Positions 21,096 through 33,056 of a stretch of DNA of 64,000 bases are shown in pieces. Below the pieces are notes generated by a model. That model was not told where the DNA came from. It did no database searches and saw nothing but the letters and a program-made list of their open reading frames with translations. Made by a program: the position numbers and the translations under genes. The stretch is taken from the NCBI GenBank assembly GCA_965206595.1, contig OZ242214.1:992001-1056000 (forward strand). Reading direction: 5' to 3'. Positions within the stretch are counted from its first letter, which is position 1, and each line of letters starts with the position of its first letter. This stretch comes from Candidatus Latescibacterota bacterium. Its GTDB lineage: Bacteria > Latescibacterota > UBA2968 > UBA8231.

Positions 21096-21842
21096 TCAGT
21101 GTCCGTAGTCTGATTTAAGGGTCGATTCGTCCCGCCAGCTCGGACTTCTCAGCTCCGCCTCCCTGGTCTTCTTCGCCAGGCAGGAGCAGTTCCGGGCCAG
21201 GACCTCGAAGAGGCGGTTGGCGACGAGCCGGTGCCCGAGGTCGTTCTGGTGCACCCCGTCGTAATGGACCGTCCATGGCGCTTCACCGCTGGCCTCGAGA
21301 AGGTCGGCGTAGAGACAGCCCAGTTCTTCCGCGACCTCGGCGGTCGCGGCGTTGAAGCTCTTGAACAGGGGCAGGTTGGCGTGGCTCCAGGCCGCGCCCC
21401 CTACGGTGAAGTCGGTCATGAAGTAGGGACCGGTAAGCAGGATGAGCGGGTCAGCGCGCACGCGCACGCGCCGCACCAGCATGGCGAGATCCTCGCGGAA
21501 CTGCGGCAGCGGCGTGCCGCCGCGGGCGTCGTTGAGGCCGTAGGAGATGATCAGCAGGTCGGGGTCGTGGGCGAGGACGTGCTTCTCCAGGCGCTCCGAG
21601 GCGGCCGGCTTTCCGCTCTCTTCATAGGAAGGGCTGCGGGTGGAGATGAGGTTGGCGCCGATCCCGGAGTTGACCACCCGCGCCGGCGTCTCCTGGAAGT
21701 CGTTGATGAGGCCGCCGAGAACGGCAACCCAGCAGCGCTCCGGGGAGGTGCTCCAGCCGCCCGCGGTGGTGCTCTCCCCGAGGGCGACCAGGCACCGGAA
21801 TTCTTCGGCGTGCCAGTTTTTCTTTGAATTCAAGGAATTCAA
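21096..21842 (-). CDS. SGNH/GDSL hydrolase
   Basis: ALGESTT, YGLND, DGVHQN. Confidence 0.85.
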   Translation of the reverse strand: MNSLNSKKNWHAEEFRCLVALGESTTAGGWSTSPERCWVAVLGGLINDFQETPARVVNSGIGANLISTRSPSYEESGKPAASERLEKHVLAHDPDLLIISYGLNDARGGTPLPQFREDLAMLVRRVRVRADPLILLTGPYFMTDFTVGGAAWSHANLPLFKSFNAATAEVAEELGCLYADLLEASGEAPWTVHYDGVHQNDLGHRLVANRLFEVLARNCSCLAKKTREAELRSPSWRDESTLKSDYGH

Positions 21843-21897
21843 GGGTCGATTCCTCCAGGGCCTGATCGCTGACTACATACACTTACCGAATAAAATT

Positions 21898-23361
21898 GGG
21901 TCTATCCGGGTTTTTCAACGCCGAAACGTAAGTACGGAAAGTACCTGAGCCCTTGCTGTTCATCTGAGTACATGACAAGGCCATAGGTCGTTCCCTATGC
22001 TTGGTGTATCCCCATCAAGCACTCCCCAGGAAAGGGAAGGGAAGGCGACCTATGACCGCTATGAAGTTCGTCTCCAAGCTGTTCAAGTTCAAGGGGTTTG
22101 GCGCTGTCGACGTGTGCTTCGAAGGACACGGGGAGGAAGCGGCCGTCGTGGTCTCGGTGCAGCCCCACAACAATGGGTGCCGGTGTCCCCAGTGTGGGCG
22201 CCGGGGCAAGATCGTACGGGTCATGGAGCCCCGCCGCTGGCGCGACGTCCGCATCTGCGGCCGTACCGTCTGGTTGTACCACCGCCCTCGAGAGATCCGC
22301 TGTCCGACCCACGGCCGGCACGTCGAGGAGGTGCCCTGGGCGGCGCCCTCGGCCCGGGTCAGCTACCGCTTCGAATACCTGCTGCTGACCTACTGCCAGT
22401 GGATGCCGCAGGTCACCGCCGCGCGCTTGCTGGGCCTGGCTCCTTCGACCCTGTCCGACCAGGTGCACCGGCTCATCGAGCGCCGGCGTACAGGCCATCG
22501 CATCCGCGCGCTGACGACCCTCGGCATCGACGAGATCTCCTACGCCAAGGGCCATAAATACGCCACCCTGGTCTACGACCTGGAGCGCTCCTGTGTCGTC
22601 TGGATCGGCAAGGGCAAGGCCCGCGAAACGATCGATACGTTCTTCCGGGACCATCTCAGCGCCTTCCGGAAGGCCCGTATCCGCTGGGCCTGCTGCGATA
22701 TGAGCGAGACCTTCATCGGCGCCATCCGCCAGCACTGCCCCAACGCCCAGCTCGTCCTGGACCGATTCCACGTCGTCAAGGCCCTCAACGAAGCCGTCGA
22801 CGAGGTGCGCAAGGAGCAGTGGCGGCAAGCCTGCGGCGAGGACCGCAAGCTGCTCAAGGGCCTGCGCTGGGTGCTGCTGCATCACTCCGCCCGGCGCTCG
22901 CCAAAGGACCGGCGCACGCTCCAAACCCTGGAGAAGGCCAACCGCCGCATCTACCGCGCCTGGCGCCTGAAGGACGAGTTCGAGCACTTCTGGCGCTACA
23001 AGGCGCGCTGGGCCGCCGAACGCTTCCTCAAGAAGTGGACGACGGCGGCCCTGCGCAGCCGCCTGGAGCCCCTGCGCAGGTTCGTCAACACGGTGCGCAA
23101 GCATGCGGCCGGCATCACCGCCTTCGTCGACACGCACCTGACCAACGCCGCCGCCGAAGGCCTCAACCGCATCATCCGCATGGTCAAGAACCGCGCCAGT
23201 GGATTTAAATCTCTGGATGCCTTTGCCGACCTCATCTACCTGTGCGTCGGAGACCTCGATATCCCTGCGCAGATTCCGGCCCGATTCCGTACAGTGTGAA
23301 CCCCTCAAAATCTCATTGGGGAAACGCTATAAATACCACGTTGAAAAACCCGTATATAGCC
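21898..23361 (+). mobile_element. Complete ISL3-family IS
   Basis: 23-bp inverted ends GGGTCTATCCGGGTTTTTCAACG / GGCTATATACGGGTTTTTCAACG; 8-bp target duplication ATAAAATT at 21890-21897 and 23362-23369. Confidence 0.92.
22052..23299 (+). CDS. ISL3-family transposase
   Basis: CPQCG zinc finger, LGIDE, CDM, DRFHVV, TNAAAEGLN. Confidence 0.93.
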   Translation: MTAMKFVSKLFKFKGFGAVDVCFEGHGEEAAVVVSVQPHNNGCRCPQCGRRGKIVRVMEPRRWRDVRICGRTVWLYHRPREIRCPTHGRHVEEVPWAAPSARVSYRFEYLLLTYCQWMPQVTAARLLGLAPSTLSDQVHRLIERRRTGHRIRALTTLGIDEISYAKGHKYATLVYDLERSCVVWIGKGKARETIDTFFRDHLSAFRKARIRWACCDMSETFIGAIRQHCPNAQLVLDRFHVVKALNEAVDEVRKEQWRQACGEDRKLLKGLRWVLLHHSARRSPKDRRTLQTLEKANRRIYRAWRLKDEFEHFWRYKARWAAERFLKKWTTAALRSRLEPLRRFVNTVRKHAAGITAFVDTHLTNAAAEGLNRIIRMVKNRASGFKSLDAFADLIYLCVGDLDIPAQIPARFRTV

Positions 23362-23555
23362 ATAAAATTGGAAGCCTGAGTTCACCAAGGGTTACCTATT
23401 CTGTGATAGTATTTACCAAATCATTAAATGTCCAAAAATGTCCAAATGTCCGAAAAAATATCATCCATAGATCATGAAAAATTGCTATGAGGTTACCCCG
23501 ATTTCACGGACAGTTTCCGTTGGGATTTTTTCCCTTTGGTAAGTGCCAATTTCCC

Positions 23556-23591
23556 TAATAAACTGACAATCCGTAATAAACTGACAATCCG
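23556..23591. repeat. Perfect 18-bp tandem duplication
   Basis: TAATAAACTGACAATCCG x2. Confidence 0.85.
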
Positions 23592-23979
23592 TCCTCAGGT
23601 TTTATCGTGATGTCGATGGCGCTTGTTCCGGTGATTGATCCACAGGAAACAGATCAGCCCGAGATGGCTGTAAGCGGGATGGCTAGGGGTATAGTCTGGT
23701 TCCAATCCATCAGGTTTGCTGTCCCTTGGGGTGCAGGGACTTCGAGCTGACTGACCAGGTAGCGACGGCTTTTCGGTAAGCGGCCCCTCGATGTCCTGGA
23801 GGGCAGATTCTGCGGCTCTCTGGCCGGGTCTTGGATGCGTTTGTCTGTGTCTGTTTGTGCAGGTCACTGGTCTTCTTTCACAGGCCCTACCTGCCAATAG
23901 ACTGAACCCGGATGCGTTGGTGTCTCACGCTATTTTGCGTGGGGTTGGCTAATTGTCCTTGAAGGTAGTTCCGGAGGCA

Positions 23980-26185
23980 TTATCGCAGCAGGGTGAGTTT
24001 TCGCGTCTGAACGTTCTCGGTTGTAACCAGCCGGTACAGGTAGACGCCGCTAGCCAAGGAGCGGCCCCGGTCGTCGCGGCCGTTCCAGTGAATCCGGTGG
24101 CCCCCCACCTTTTTCGGTCCCCGGTGCAGCACCGCCACCCGTTGCCCGGTCAGAGCGAATACCTCTAGCTGGGCCGGACCTGGACGCAGCAGGAACCAGG
24201 AGATGACGGTCTCGCTGTTGAACGGGTTGGGAGCGTTCTGATGCAGTTGCGGTCCGTCGGGCAGGCCGATCCTCTCTCGAGCGAGGGCCAGCAGCTTGCT
24301 CCGCGCCGGATCCGTGAAGTGGTCGGCGAGGAGGAAGAAGTCGCCGAAGTCGACGCTGCCGCTGCCGTCGAGGTCGAAGCGAGGATCGTTACCTCCGAAG
24401 GCGTCGGCGAACAGGAAGAAGTCGGAAAAACCCGTCTCGCCGTCTCCGTCGAAATCCGGGGTGGCCTTGGCCGTGGCGGTGAAAGCGACCGGGTCGAGAC
24501 CGGCCACAGATACGGTGACCGTGTTGGCACCCGGTTCGCTGCCCAGGGTCAGGGTGGAGGCGGCTTGGCCGTTTTCATCCGTTGTGTCGATTGTTGCCGA
24601 AAGACTTCCGCCGCCGGCGGTGACCGCGAACCTAACGGTGACTTCGGCAACAGGATTACCGTGCTGGTCCAAAACGGAAACCACGAAGGGATCAGCCAAG
24701 CTGGACCCCGCAGCAACCTGCTGATCTTCCCCCGAGAGTTTGGTCAGGATCTGGGGATGGGGTAGGACAAGCTGCAAATCCCACAGCAGGGCCGTGCCGT
24801 CCTGTGAACCCGACGCGAGAGTAGTTCCGTCGGACGATAACACCACCGAGGAGACGTCACCCGCATGTCCCTCCAAGGTGGCGGTAAGGGACCCTGTCGC
24901 CACGTCCCACAACCTGACCGTTTCATCCCCTGCCCCGGAGGCGAGGGTTCTTCCGTCGGATGAAAAAGCAACAGACCAGACCGCACCGGTATGTCCTTCC
25001 AGGGTGAACACTTCCTCCTCTTTCGCTACGTCCCACAACCTGACTGTTCGATCGTATCCCCCTGATACGAGACTCGACCCGTCTGGCGAAAAGGCCAATG
25101 AGTTGACCAACCTGGTATGACCTGACAATGCGGCAACGTTGAGCCCCGTGTCTGTGTTCCAAAGAAAAATCGTCCCGTCCTGTGATCCGGTGGCCAGGGT
25201 TGAGCCGTGGGATGAGAAGGCCACATCTTTGACTCCATCCGGCACGGACAGAGAAAGGGAAAGGTCTCCGGTAACGACGTCCCACAGCTTGACATCCCCA
25301 TAGAATGTTGCGGAAGCCAGTCTCGTCCCGCCGGGCGAAAACGCCAGCGACTCGACCTCGTCGGTGTGCCCTTCAAGAGTAGTAAAATTCCCGGTGTCAA
25401 CATTCCGTAAACGGAGCTCCCAAGTGGACGCTGAAGCGAGTGTCCTTCCATCCGGTGAGAAGGCCACAGAATTAACGCCGGTCTCAAAACTCTCAAGAGT
25501 GGCGATTTGGTGCTTGGTTGCAACGTCCCAAAGTTGGACCGTGCCATCAGCATATCCGGTCGCGAGAGATGACCCATCCGGAAAAAAAGCAATCGATTGG
25601 ACCGAGGGTGTAAATCGTTCGAGGGTAGCGACATTGTGCGTGGCCACCTCCCACAGGTTGACTTCGTAAGCGGACCCTGAAGCCAGGGTGGTCCCGTCGG
25701 GGGAGAACGCCACCGATTCGACGGCATCAGAATGCCCGCCCTTGAAGGTAGCTGTCAGAAGGCCCGTCTCGAGGTCTCGCAGCCGGATGGTTTTGTCCAA
25801 CAAACCCGCAGCAACTGCTGTGCCGTCCGGAGAGAACGATATCGAATTGACAGTCTGAGGCCACCCCAACCAATCGTCCAAGTGTCTATAGCTTACGATT
25901 TTCTGCCTGGTAGCCAGATCCCACAAGTTGAGAATTCCATCCGTTTCTCCGGCCGTAGCCAGCATTGCGCCGTCGGGCGAGAAGGACAGCGCATGCACTC
26001 CATTTTCATGTCTCAAAGTGGCGGTGGCTTGTCCTGTTGCCGGGTCCCAAAGCATAACTGTCCCATCGTGCGACCCGGAAGCCAGGCTCGTTCCGTCAGG
26101 GGAGAAGGCTACTGTATATACCACATGGTCATGTTCCTCGAGGGTGGCGATATGCTCCCCCGTGCTCACCTCCCATAACCTCACC
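23980..26185 (-). pseudogene. C-terminal fragment of split WD40 protein (WD40 repeats, Ig-like, EF-hand/dockerin-like, FlgD-type C-terminus)
   Basis: VAFSPDG..LASGS.D.TVRLWD repeats; DFDGDGETGFSDF; QNAPNPFN...WNGRDDRG..LASGVY. Confidence 0.88.
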
Positions 26186-27763
26186 GGGTGTCTTAGCTGA
26201 TTGTTACGGTTTCGGTGGTTGTTTTCAGGTTTTCGCGGTACTGCTGAAAGACCCGGTCAAGCGTTCCATTGTACAAGGCGCAGCGCAGGGCCAGAATGGC
26301 GTTGCTGTTTTCCTTATACCACCAAGCGCCCGACCGTTTCAGACGAACATGGCCGATGAAGCGATGCGCCGATTCGATCGCCCCCGACCCGATCGGGTAT
26401 CCCCCCTTGCGATGGCTGCCGAAATCGACTTGGTGCAGTCGCTTTTGCAGGTAGGTCAAGGCCGTGCCGATGGCCTCTCCGGCCTCTTCCGAGAGCGGCT
26501 GCATGCGCTGCAGCCCCCAGACCACGCCGGTGCCCTCGCCGCAGAACAGGCAAAGCCAAGGTCGCTTCCAGCCAATGGGCAGCACGCGCCGCATCGGCGC
26601 CGTATTGGGCCTCGGCCACCGCGTGCAGGTAGCGGCTGCAATGGGAGTAGTCGAGGATCTGACGGGCGCCGGGGAACAGCTCTTCCACCCCCTTCCAGAT
26701 CCACGGAGCGCCATCTCCGATGGCACACAAGCGCACCTGATCCTCCGGGATCAGCCCCGCCTCCTTGACCTGGCGCAAGGCCGCGCCGAAGGCCTGTTCG
26801 TTGCCCATCTGGTGCCAGGAGATCAGCTGCTCGATGCGCTCATCGTCTATCAGGTAGAAGCGAAAGCCCTTGGCTTCGTGGTATTCCCCCTGCCAACGCC
26901 TTCGCCGAGACCGGCTCTTCTTGCGTCCGGGACGGGTGCCTTTGGCGGTCTGGGGACGACGGGGCACGTCGGCCTTAGTCGATGGCCAACACCACGATGG
27001 GCCGCCACTTGCGACCGGCGGCGGCGTGCGCAATGCGATCCTGGATGTCGGCCGCGTCCGGACACACCTGCAGCACGTCCAACGACCCGGTCTGTTGCAG
27101 CACCTCGTGAATCACACAATCGCTCATCGACGCGTCGGTGAGCTCGTCCAACAGTTCGGCGGCGCGCCGGTGGGGCATCTCCAGCCCCAGCTTGACCCCG
27201 GCCTGCTGCACGTCCCACTGCTTGCGCTGCGCCGACAGACCGAGAGCTTCGTCCAGCGGATAGAACCCGTACTGACAGCCAACGCAGTAGAAATAGGGAC
27301 GCTCCAAGGTCACCGGCCCGAGCAGCGTCTCCTGCGTGCGCGAGCGAGACGGGCGCGCTCGCAGCAGGCCTTTGCACTTGGGGCAGGCCGCCTCTTCCTG
27401 GGCCAGGAAATGGCCGTGGCGGCGTTCGACGAAGGCTTCCACCAAGGCCGCGGGGAGCCCGGAGCGCTCTTGAGACATCGCCGCGGTGATCTCCATCAAC
27501 GTCGGCGCACAAGATCCGCGCGCGCTCATTTGCGCCTCCACCCGATCCAGCCATTGGTCCAAGGCTTCATGCGCCCGGCTTCGAAAGCGGTCCTGACTCT
27601 GCCGCTCCTGAAAAACTTCCAGAGAGAGAATCGCACTCATCGCTCCCCTTCTTTCTGAAATCAGGGGAGCGCGCCGCAGGGGATGCGGCAAAAGAAAGCA
27701 ACTTACTGTAAAATATACACATACGCCACCTGAATTGCGCTATGACAATTACTTAAGACGCCC
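26186..27763 (-). mobile_element. ISKra4-family IS inserted in WD40 gene
   Basis: Inverted ends GGGTGTCTTAGCTGATTGTTA / GGGCGTCTTAAGTAATTGTCA; 8-bp duplication ACCTCACC at 26178-26185 and 27764-27771. Confidence 0.9.
26193..27640 (-). pseudogene. ISKra4 transposase, frameshifted over three frames
   Basis: TLLGPVTLERPYFYC..PLDEALG; IGDGAPWIW; ILDYSH; PIGSGAIESA..RLKRSGAWW. Confidence 0.85.
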
Positions 27764-28687
27764 ACCTCACCCTGTGGTCGAACCTGACCGTGAACTCGTC
27801 AAACTTCACAAAATTGTGGTATGCGGTGGCGAGCAGGGAACCATCGGGAGAAATGGCTATCGAGTATACGTGAACCCGGTTCTCATCCACCGTAATACGG
27901 ACAAGGTCCTCTCCTGTGGTCACGTCCCATACAATGGCGGTGCCGTCGTGCGAGCCCGAAGCAAGGGTTGCTCCGTCAGGAGAGAATGCCAGGGATGTTA
28001 TCTGGCTTGTATGCCCAGAAAACAGGGCGAGTTCACGGAAGGTGTAGACGTCGAAGATCCAGATACCGATGGTACCCGCTGCTGCCAGATATTGACCGTC
28101 GGGGGAAAAGACCAATGCCCTTTCGTCCGCGCTGAACGCTCCTTTTCCCAAACGGCCTGTCGCACCAGCAGGCAAATGCCTCGTTCGATAGTCAACGTCC
28201 ATGGGAGGAATTGGGGACCCTACTCCCATAGCGTTGAAGGTCACCAGGTCCAACCCGGGAACGGATACCTGGACGATGTTCGTTCCCGGATATGGCCCCA
28301 GGGTGAGGATCTGTTTGGCCACACCGTCGGCGTCCGTAATTGCCTTGGCGAACGTGTATTTCCCATTTAGCTTTCCACCTCCGTCGATGATGGAAAAGGT
28401 GACAACCACTCCTTCTATTCCATTGCCAAGTCGATCCCGCACTTCAACGACAAAAGGTCTGTCCAATTCGCCGTTCGGCAGGCCTTCTTGGTGTTGGCCG
28501 GCTATCGCCTCCAGCGCCTGGGGACGCGGCCCAAAATACCGGGACATATCCCAAAGGTTCGCGGTGTAATCCCATGCTCCCGAAGCCAGGGTCGATCCAT
28601 CGGGCGAAAAGGCCACAGAATGCACCTGGTTCGTATGACCCAAAAGGGACAGGATATGAGACCTGGAGGCAACGTCCCAAAATTCAA
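27764..28687 (-). pseudogene. Middle fragment of split WD40 protein
   Basis: WD40 repeats and Ig-like PFVVEVRD..TDADG; in frame with both neighbours once the IS are removed. Confidence 0.85.
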
Positions 28688-30547
28688 CCTTTGTTATTCA
28701 TTCAACCCGCGCATAAGCGGACATAGGCGCTTCCGAGACCCCTTTGCTTAGCCTCAGAGGCTTGCGTCCCTTCTATAGTCGGCTTTTTGGGTAGAGCCGT
28801 CTCCTTATCTCTACCGACCTTGTTGAAATTGTACGCGCCTTCTCGAAGACGCTTGCCTTTGCGAGCCCATCATCCCGACCGACCCGCCCTGCGCTTACGC
28901 CATCGCCGCGTCCACCGGTTTGAGCGTGGCCAGAAATCTCCACAGACGATCCCAGGCAGCCGCCGTCCCTTGGGTCAGGATGACGCCCACCCTGCGCCCA
29001 TGCAAGGTGACGCGGGACGGCAGGCGCAGGTAGCGCCGTCGAAAACTGTCCAGGCTCAGGGCCGTCGTCGAGCGTCCGTATGTGCGGGGCCGCCCGCGTC
29101 GGGCCTCGGCGCGTTCGGCGGCCTGGCGGCCCAGGTGAAGCAGGTTGTAGGCCAGCAGGTTCAAGGTCAGAAGCGCCTGGTTGGCAGCGAAGGCATCCCG
29201 GGACGGGGTGCGCTGACGCGGCTCTCGACCCCGGTAGTGTTGCTTGCGACGGGTGGTAGAGGAGAGCTGAGGCTGGAGGGTGGAGCTCAACTCGCCGAGC
29301 ATGCGCTCGAAAAGGCCGCGCTGACGATAAAAGGCGACCAGGTCGCGGCCGCTCATCGTCTGGGGACTCTGGTCGGTGATCAGGAAGAAGTGGCGGGCGA
29401 TGGGCAGCTCTTCCGTCTCGGAAGGGACCAGGACCAACACCACCCGCCGGGGCTGCGCCCAGGACCTGGCTTGATAGCGCAGCTCGCGACAGCGAAAACC
29501 CTCTTCCCGCAGCTCTTCCGGGTGCTGCGCCAGCTCCTGCTGATAGCCTTCCACCCAGGCACGAGCCAGCTCCTCCAGGCGCGCATTCTTCTTGATGCGC
29601 GCCACGTACGAGGTGTCGGCCCGCGCTTCCAGCTCACTCAGGAAAGACCCGCTCACCGAGGCCGCGTCGAAGCGCAGGATGAGGCGCCGGGCCAGATGCG
29701 ACTGAATCCAGTCCAAGCGCTTGCCGAGAGCCTCTGAGGCGCCCTCATGGGCGTGCACGTTGCCCGGCCGCAGCACGGCACCGAAGAAATCGCCCGTCTG
29801 CGCCGAGCCGAGGAGCAGGGGATGGTACCCCGAGGCGTGGAAGTAGCCGTTGTATTCGACCCCCGCCTGGTGCCCGTGCGCCGGCATCGGCAGGGCATCC
29901 ATGTCGACGGCCAACTCCTCGTATTTCATCCGTCCTTCCAGCAGCCGGCAACGAGACCGGGCGCTGCGCAGGACGGCTTCCTCCAACACCTCGCGGTTAT
30001 AGGCAGTCGAGGCTTGCTCGAGCAGGCGCGACAGCGTCGGCTGACTGGCCAGTCCCTGCGGCCGGTCTTCGTCGCCGCTGCGCAACGGCGCCTGCCCTTT
30101 GCGATCGCTGACCGCCAGACGCAGGATCGGATCTTGGCGCAACGCGTCGGCGTCGGCGGCGTGGGTCCAGCCCTGTGCCAGCAGCACGATCTGTGTGCGC
30201 AGCAGCTCCGGCAGCGGGTGCGTGATCTGGTCTTGGGTACGGAGATCCTCGAAGTGGGCGTCGACCCAATCCAGAACCCGGCTGTGTTCGAGCAGTTGAC
30301 GCAACATCAGCGCACCGGTGTCGCTGCCAAGGTGGGTGGGGCGGGCTTCGATGTGGATGGAGCGGTTGAAAGACGGCTGAATCGGCCCGGCTTGCTCGGA
30401 CTCGGTGTGTGACGGTAATTCACCCATTGGGTGTCCTACTGTGTGATGGGTTCAAAGGGCGATACTGCCTTGTGTTTCCCTCTGAAATCTAAGCATGGGA
30501 GGCACCCAGTACAGCCCTCTCCACTAAAATTCCATGAATAACAAGGG
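28688..30547 (-). mobile_element. IS1380-family IS inserted in WD40 gene
   Basis: Inverted ends CCTTTGTTATTCAT / CCCTTGTTATTCAT; 5-bp duplication TTCAA at 28683-28687 and 30548-30552. Confidence 0.9.
28895..30427 (-). CDS. IS1380-family transposase
   Basis: SDTGAL, LASQPTLSRL, VDMDA..HGHQ..YNGY..YHPL, LRPGNV, YRQRG. Confidence 0.9.
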   Translation of the reverse strand: MGELPSHTESEQAGPIQPSFNRSIHIEARPTHLGSDTGALMLRQLLEHSRVLDWVDAHFEDLRTQDQITHPLPELLRTQIVLLAQGWTHAADADALRQDPILRLAVSDRKGQAPLRSGDEDRPQGLASQPTLSRLLEQASTAYNREVLEEAVLRSARSRCRLLEGRMKYEELAVDMDALPMPAHGHQAGVEYNGYFHASGYHPLLLGSAQTGDFFGAVLRPGNVHAHEGASEALGKRLDWIQSHLARRLILRFDAASVSGSFLSELEARADTSYVARIKKNARLEELARAWVEGYQQELAQHPEELREEGFRCRELRYQARSWAQPRRVVLVLVPSETEELPIARHFFLITDQSPQTMSGRDLVAFYRQRGLFERMLGELSSTLQPQLSSTTRRKQHYRGREPRQRTPSRDAFAANQALLTLNLLAYNLLHLGRQAAERAEARRGRPRTYGRSTTALSLDSFRRRYLRLPSRVTLHGRRVGVILTQGTAAAWDRLWRFLATLKPVDAAMA

Positions 30548-32395
30548 TTCAATCACACCCAAATCGCCTGAACCCAAGGCAAGAACAAAGCCATCGGGCG
30601 AAAAGGCCAAGGAAAAAATGGTTCCCGAGTTGCTGGTAATGGTGTTGATTCTTTGTCCCGTGGTTACGTCCCACAGTCGAACCGTTCCATCCAGATTGGC
30701 CCCGGAGGCGAGTGTGGAGCCATCCGGGGAGAACGCTAAAGACAGGACCCAACTCGTATGACCTTCCAGGGTTGTGATTTCGCGGCCGGTCTCAATTTCC
30801 CATAGCTTGATCGTGTGGTCATATGACCCGGAAGCCAACATCGCTCCGTTCGGCGAAAGTGCCACCGCCGTGACTGGCTCCGCATGCCCCTCCAGTGTGG
30901 CTGTTTCACGGCCGGTCTCAACTTCCCACAACTTAATCGTATGGTCATAAGATCCGGAAGCCAGAAGGGTCCCGTCGGGCGAAAACGCAACCGATACCAC
31001 GGGACCTGTATGCCCAGCGAGGGCACCTATTTCCCCTCTCCTTTCCAGGTTCCACACCTTGACCGTGTGGTCCACTGACCCGGAAGCCAGGATGGTTCCG
31101 CCGGGGGAAAACACAACCGCCAGGGCATCGTCAGACTCGGAGAGACTGCCGATTTCCATCCCCGTCTCCACGTCCCACAGTCTGATGTTTTCACCATAGG
31201 CTCCGGTGGCAAGTGTTTTCCCATCCGGGGAGAATGCTACAGAATGGACCTGATTTTCATGCCCTTCAAGGGTCACAGGCTTTGGTTTCGAATCCGACTC
31301 CAGTGTGATTTTTTTGCTCCAGACATTCCCGTCCAAATCGATGGTCCATACCTGAAGGGGATGTTCAACAGGATCTGACAGACTGGTGAAGCTATTGGAT
31401 GGGAAGACCCCATTGTGTTGGAATTCGATGACCGCATTTGTTTCCCCGTCCATCTCGCGGCAGGAAATGACTTCAGGAAACCCGACGGCCGGATGTGGCT
31501 TTGCTGTCTCAACGGATAAGATTACTTGATGAAGACCGTCCGGATCATTGACCTCGAGTCTAACCGCAACGCTTGTCGAGCCCGGTGGATATAAGAGGGA
31601 CGAAAGAAGCTCGATGGTTGAATTCTCACTCTCCTCGTCTCCAATATCGGAATTGAAGTACGGATGCACCGATAAATAAGCGCCGCTGCACATGGATAAT
31701 TTCCTCAAGTAATCCCCGTAGGACATGATGAATGCATCATCGCGGAAATCGTGGTGTAGCCCGAAGGCATGTCCAAGTTCGTGAGCCACCGTTTTTAGTG
31801 AAAAACCGGCAGGAACCAACGCATAGCCCCTGCCCTTTCCGTCGTATCGACCTCCCCCGCTTGCCCGCCCGTCAATCAGGTCTGAGCTATTGTCAATGAC
31901 GAACAAGTACACGTTGGCCGCCCCGGTATCAAACACTTCGCGGACTTCACTCATCACCCCGTCGAAGGTATTGTCGAGATAATTGCTGTCAGGGTGCTGT
32001 CCATCGAGTCGATGGACAATGGCATCACCATGCTCGTCCGTTTCGAACTGAAACGTCCTGTTTCCGTGCCCATGAGACTGCATCTGCTCGGAATAAAAAC
32101 CCTGAACCAGGGCAATGGTTCGCTTAATTGAATCGACCACCGCTTCCCGGTACGGGCGGTCATTCGGCAGAAAGTAGATCATCCCGACGGTTCGGGGTTC
32201 ACCGACGTTGAGATCCGCAAGCCGCTTTCCTGCCGGGCGGGGGTTTTGTCGCTCCCACTGCTCGAAGTCGAACGGCAGACAGCGCAGCGTGTCCGGGGGC
32301 GGAGTTGAAGCGTGGAGATGCGGTGGTTGCCAGAAAATCAGGCCGATGAGGGTCAGAAATACCGGGTGAATGGAACAAGCAGCAAGCTTTTTCAT
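30548..32395 (-). pseudogene. N-terminal fragment of split protein: signal peptide, metzincin-like protease, WD40 repeats
   Basis: HELGHAFGLHH (HExxHxxGxxH) with downstream IMSY Met-turn; WD40 repeats. Confidence 0.88.
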
Positions 32396-32427
32396 TTTTT
32401 ATTTCCTCAGGCCCAATGATCCGATAG

Positions 32428-32907
32428 ATGGGTCGACACAACCCAGAAAGGGTGAGAAGTCGGGTCCATACTTTTGGCCGAAGAGAATCGTCAACGCCGA
32501 CGAGACCGACTGGTGATCCTGTGGGATCGAAAGAACGGCAGGGAAGCGGTCAAGTTTCTACTGACCAATCGCGTGCACTGGGAGATCAATCGATCGCAAA
32601 CGCTGGACGGGCACCGAGACCTTCATCGGGAATGCAAGCACTATCTGGGCATTGGAGACTGTCAGTTTCGCAGCGGCGAGGGCCAGCCCCGGCATATGTG
32701 TACCTCGTGATGCTGGCGCACAGTCTGTTCATGGCGCAGATGCGGCAGGGCCGTGCGCGTGACTGGGCTCATACCGTGCTGACGCCCATCGGCGAAGCCT
32801 GTCGAGCCGTGTCGCGAGAAACGCTCAGTAAGACCATCTCCTGGGTAGTGAACCAAACCACAATAGGGTGGACAGAGCAGCGAATTGTCGCACATCCCAA
32901 ACTTTAG
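32428..32907 (+). pseudogene. IS701/IS4-like transposase C-terminal remnant
   Basis: Across frames: KFLLTN..W, HRECKHYLGIGDCQFR, YLVMLAHS, IGEACRA. Confidence 0.6.
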
Positions 32908-33056
32908 TAAAAAAGCGGAGTTTTCAAAAGTCCGATCAAAGAGAAAGTGGTGGAAATCGTTTCCATCAATGTTCCTAACGCCAAGTAAGTTCTGGTTCAA
33001 ATTAAATCGGATTCGGGGCACCAATTATCGAAATCGTCTGACCTCCAAGAAGCTAT

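Noticed and set aside
23556-23591. CRISPR array
   Set aside because: Only two adjacent copies, no spacers and no cas genes.
23980-32395. Diversity-generating retroelement repeats
   Set aside because: The repeats are ordinary WD40 coding units and there is no reverse transcriptase in the window.
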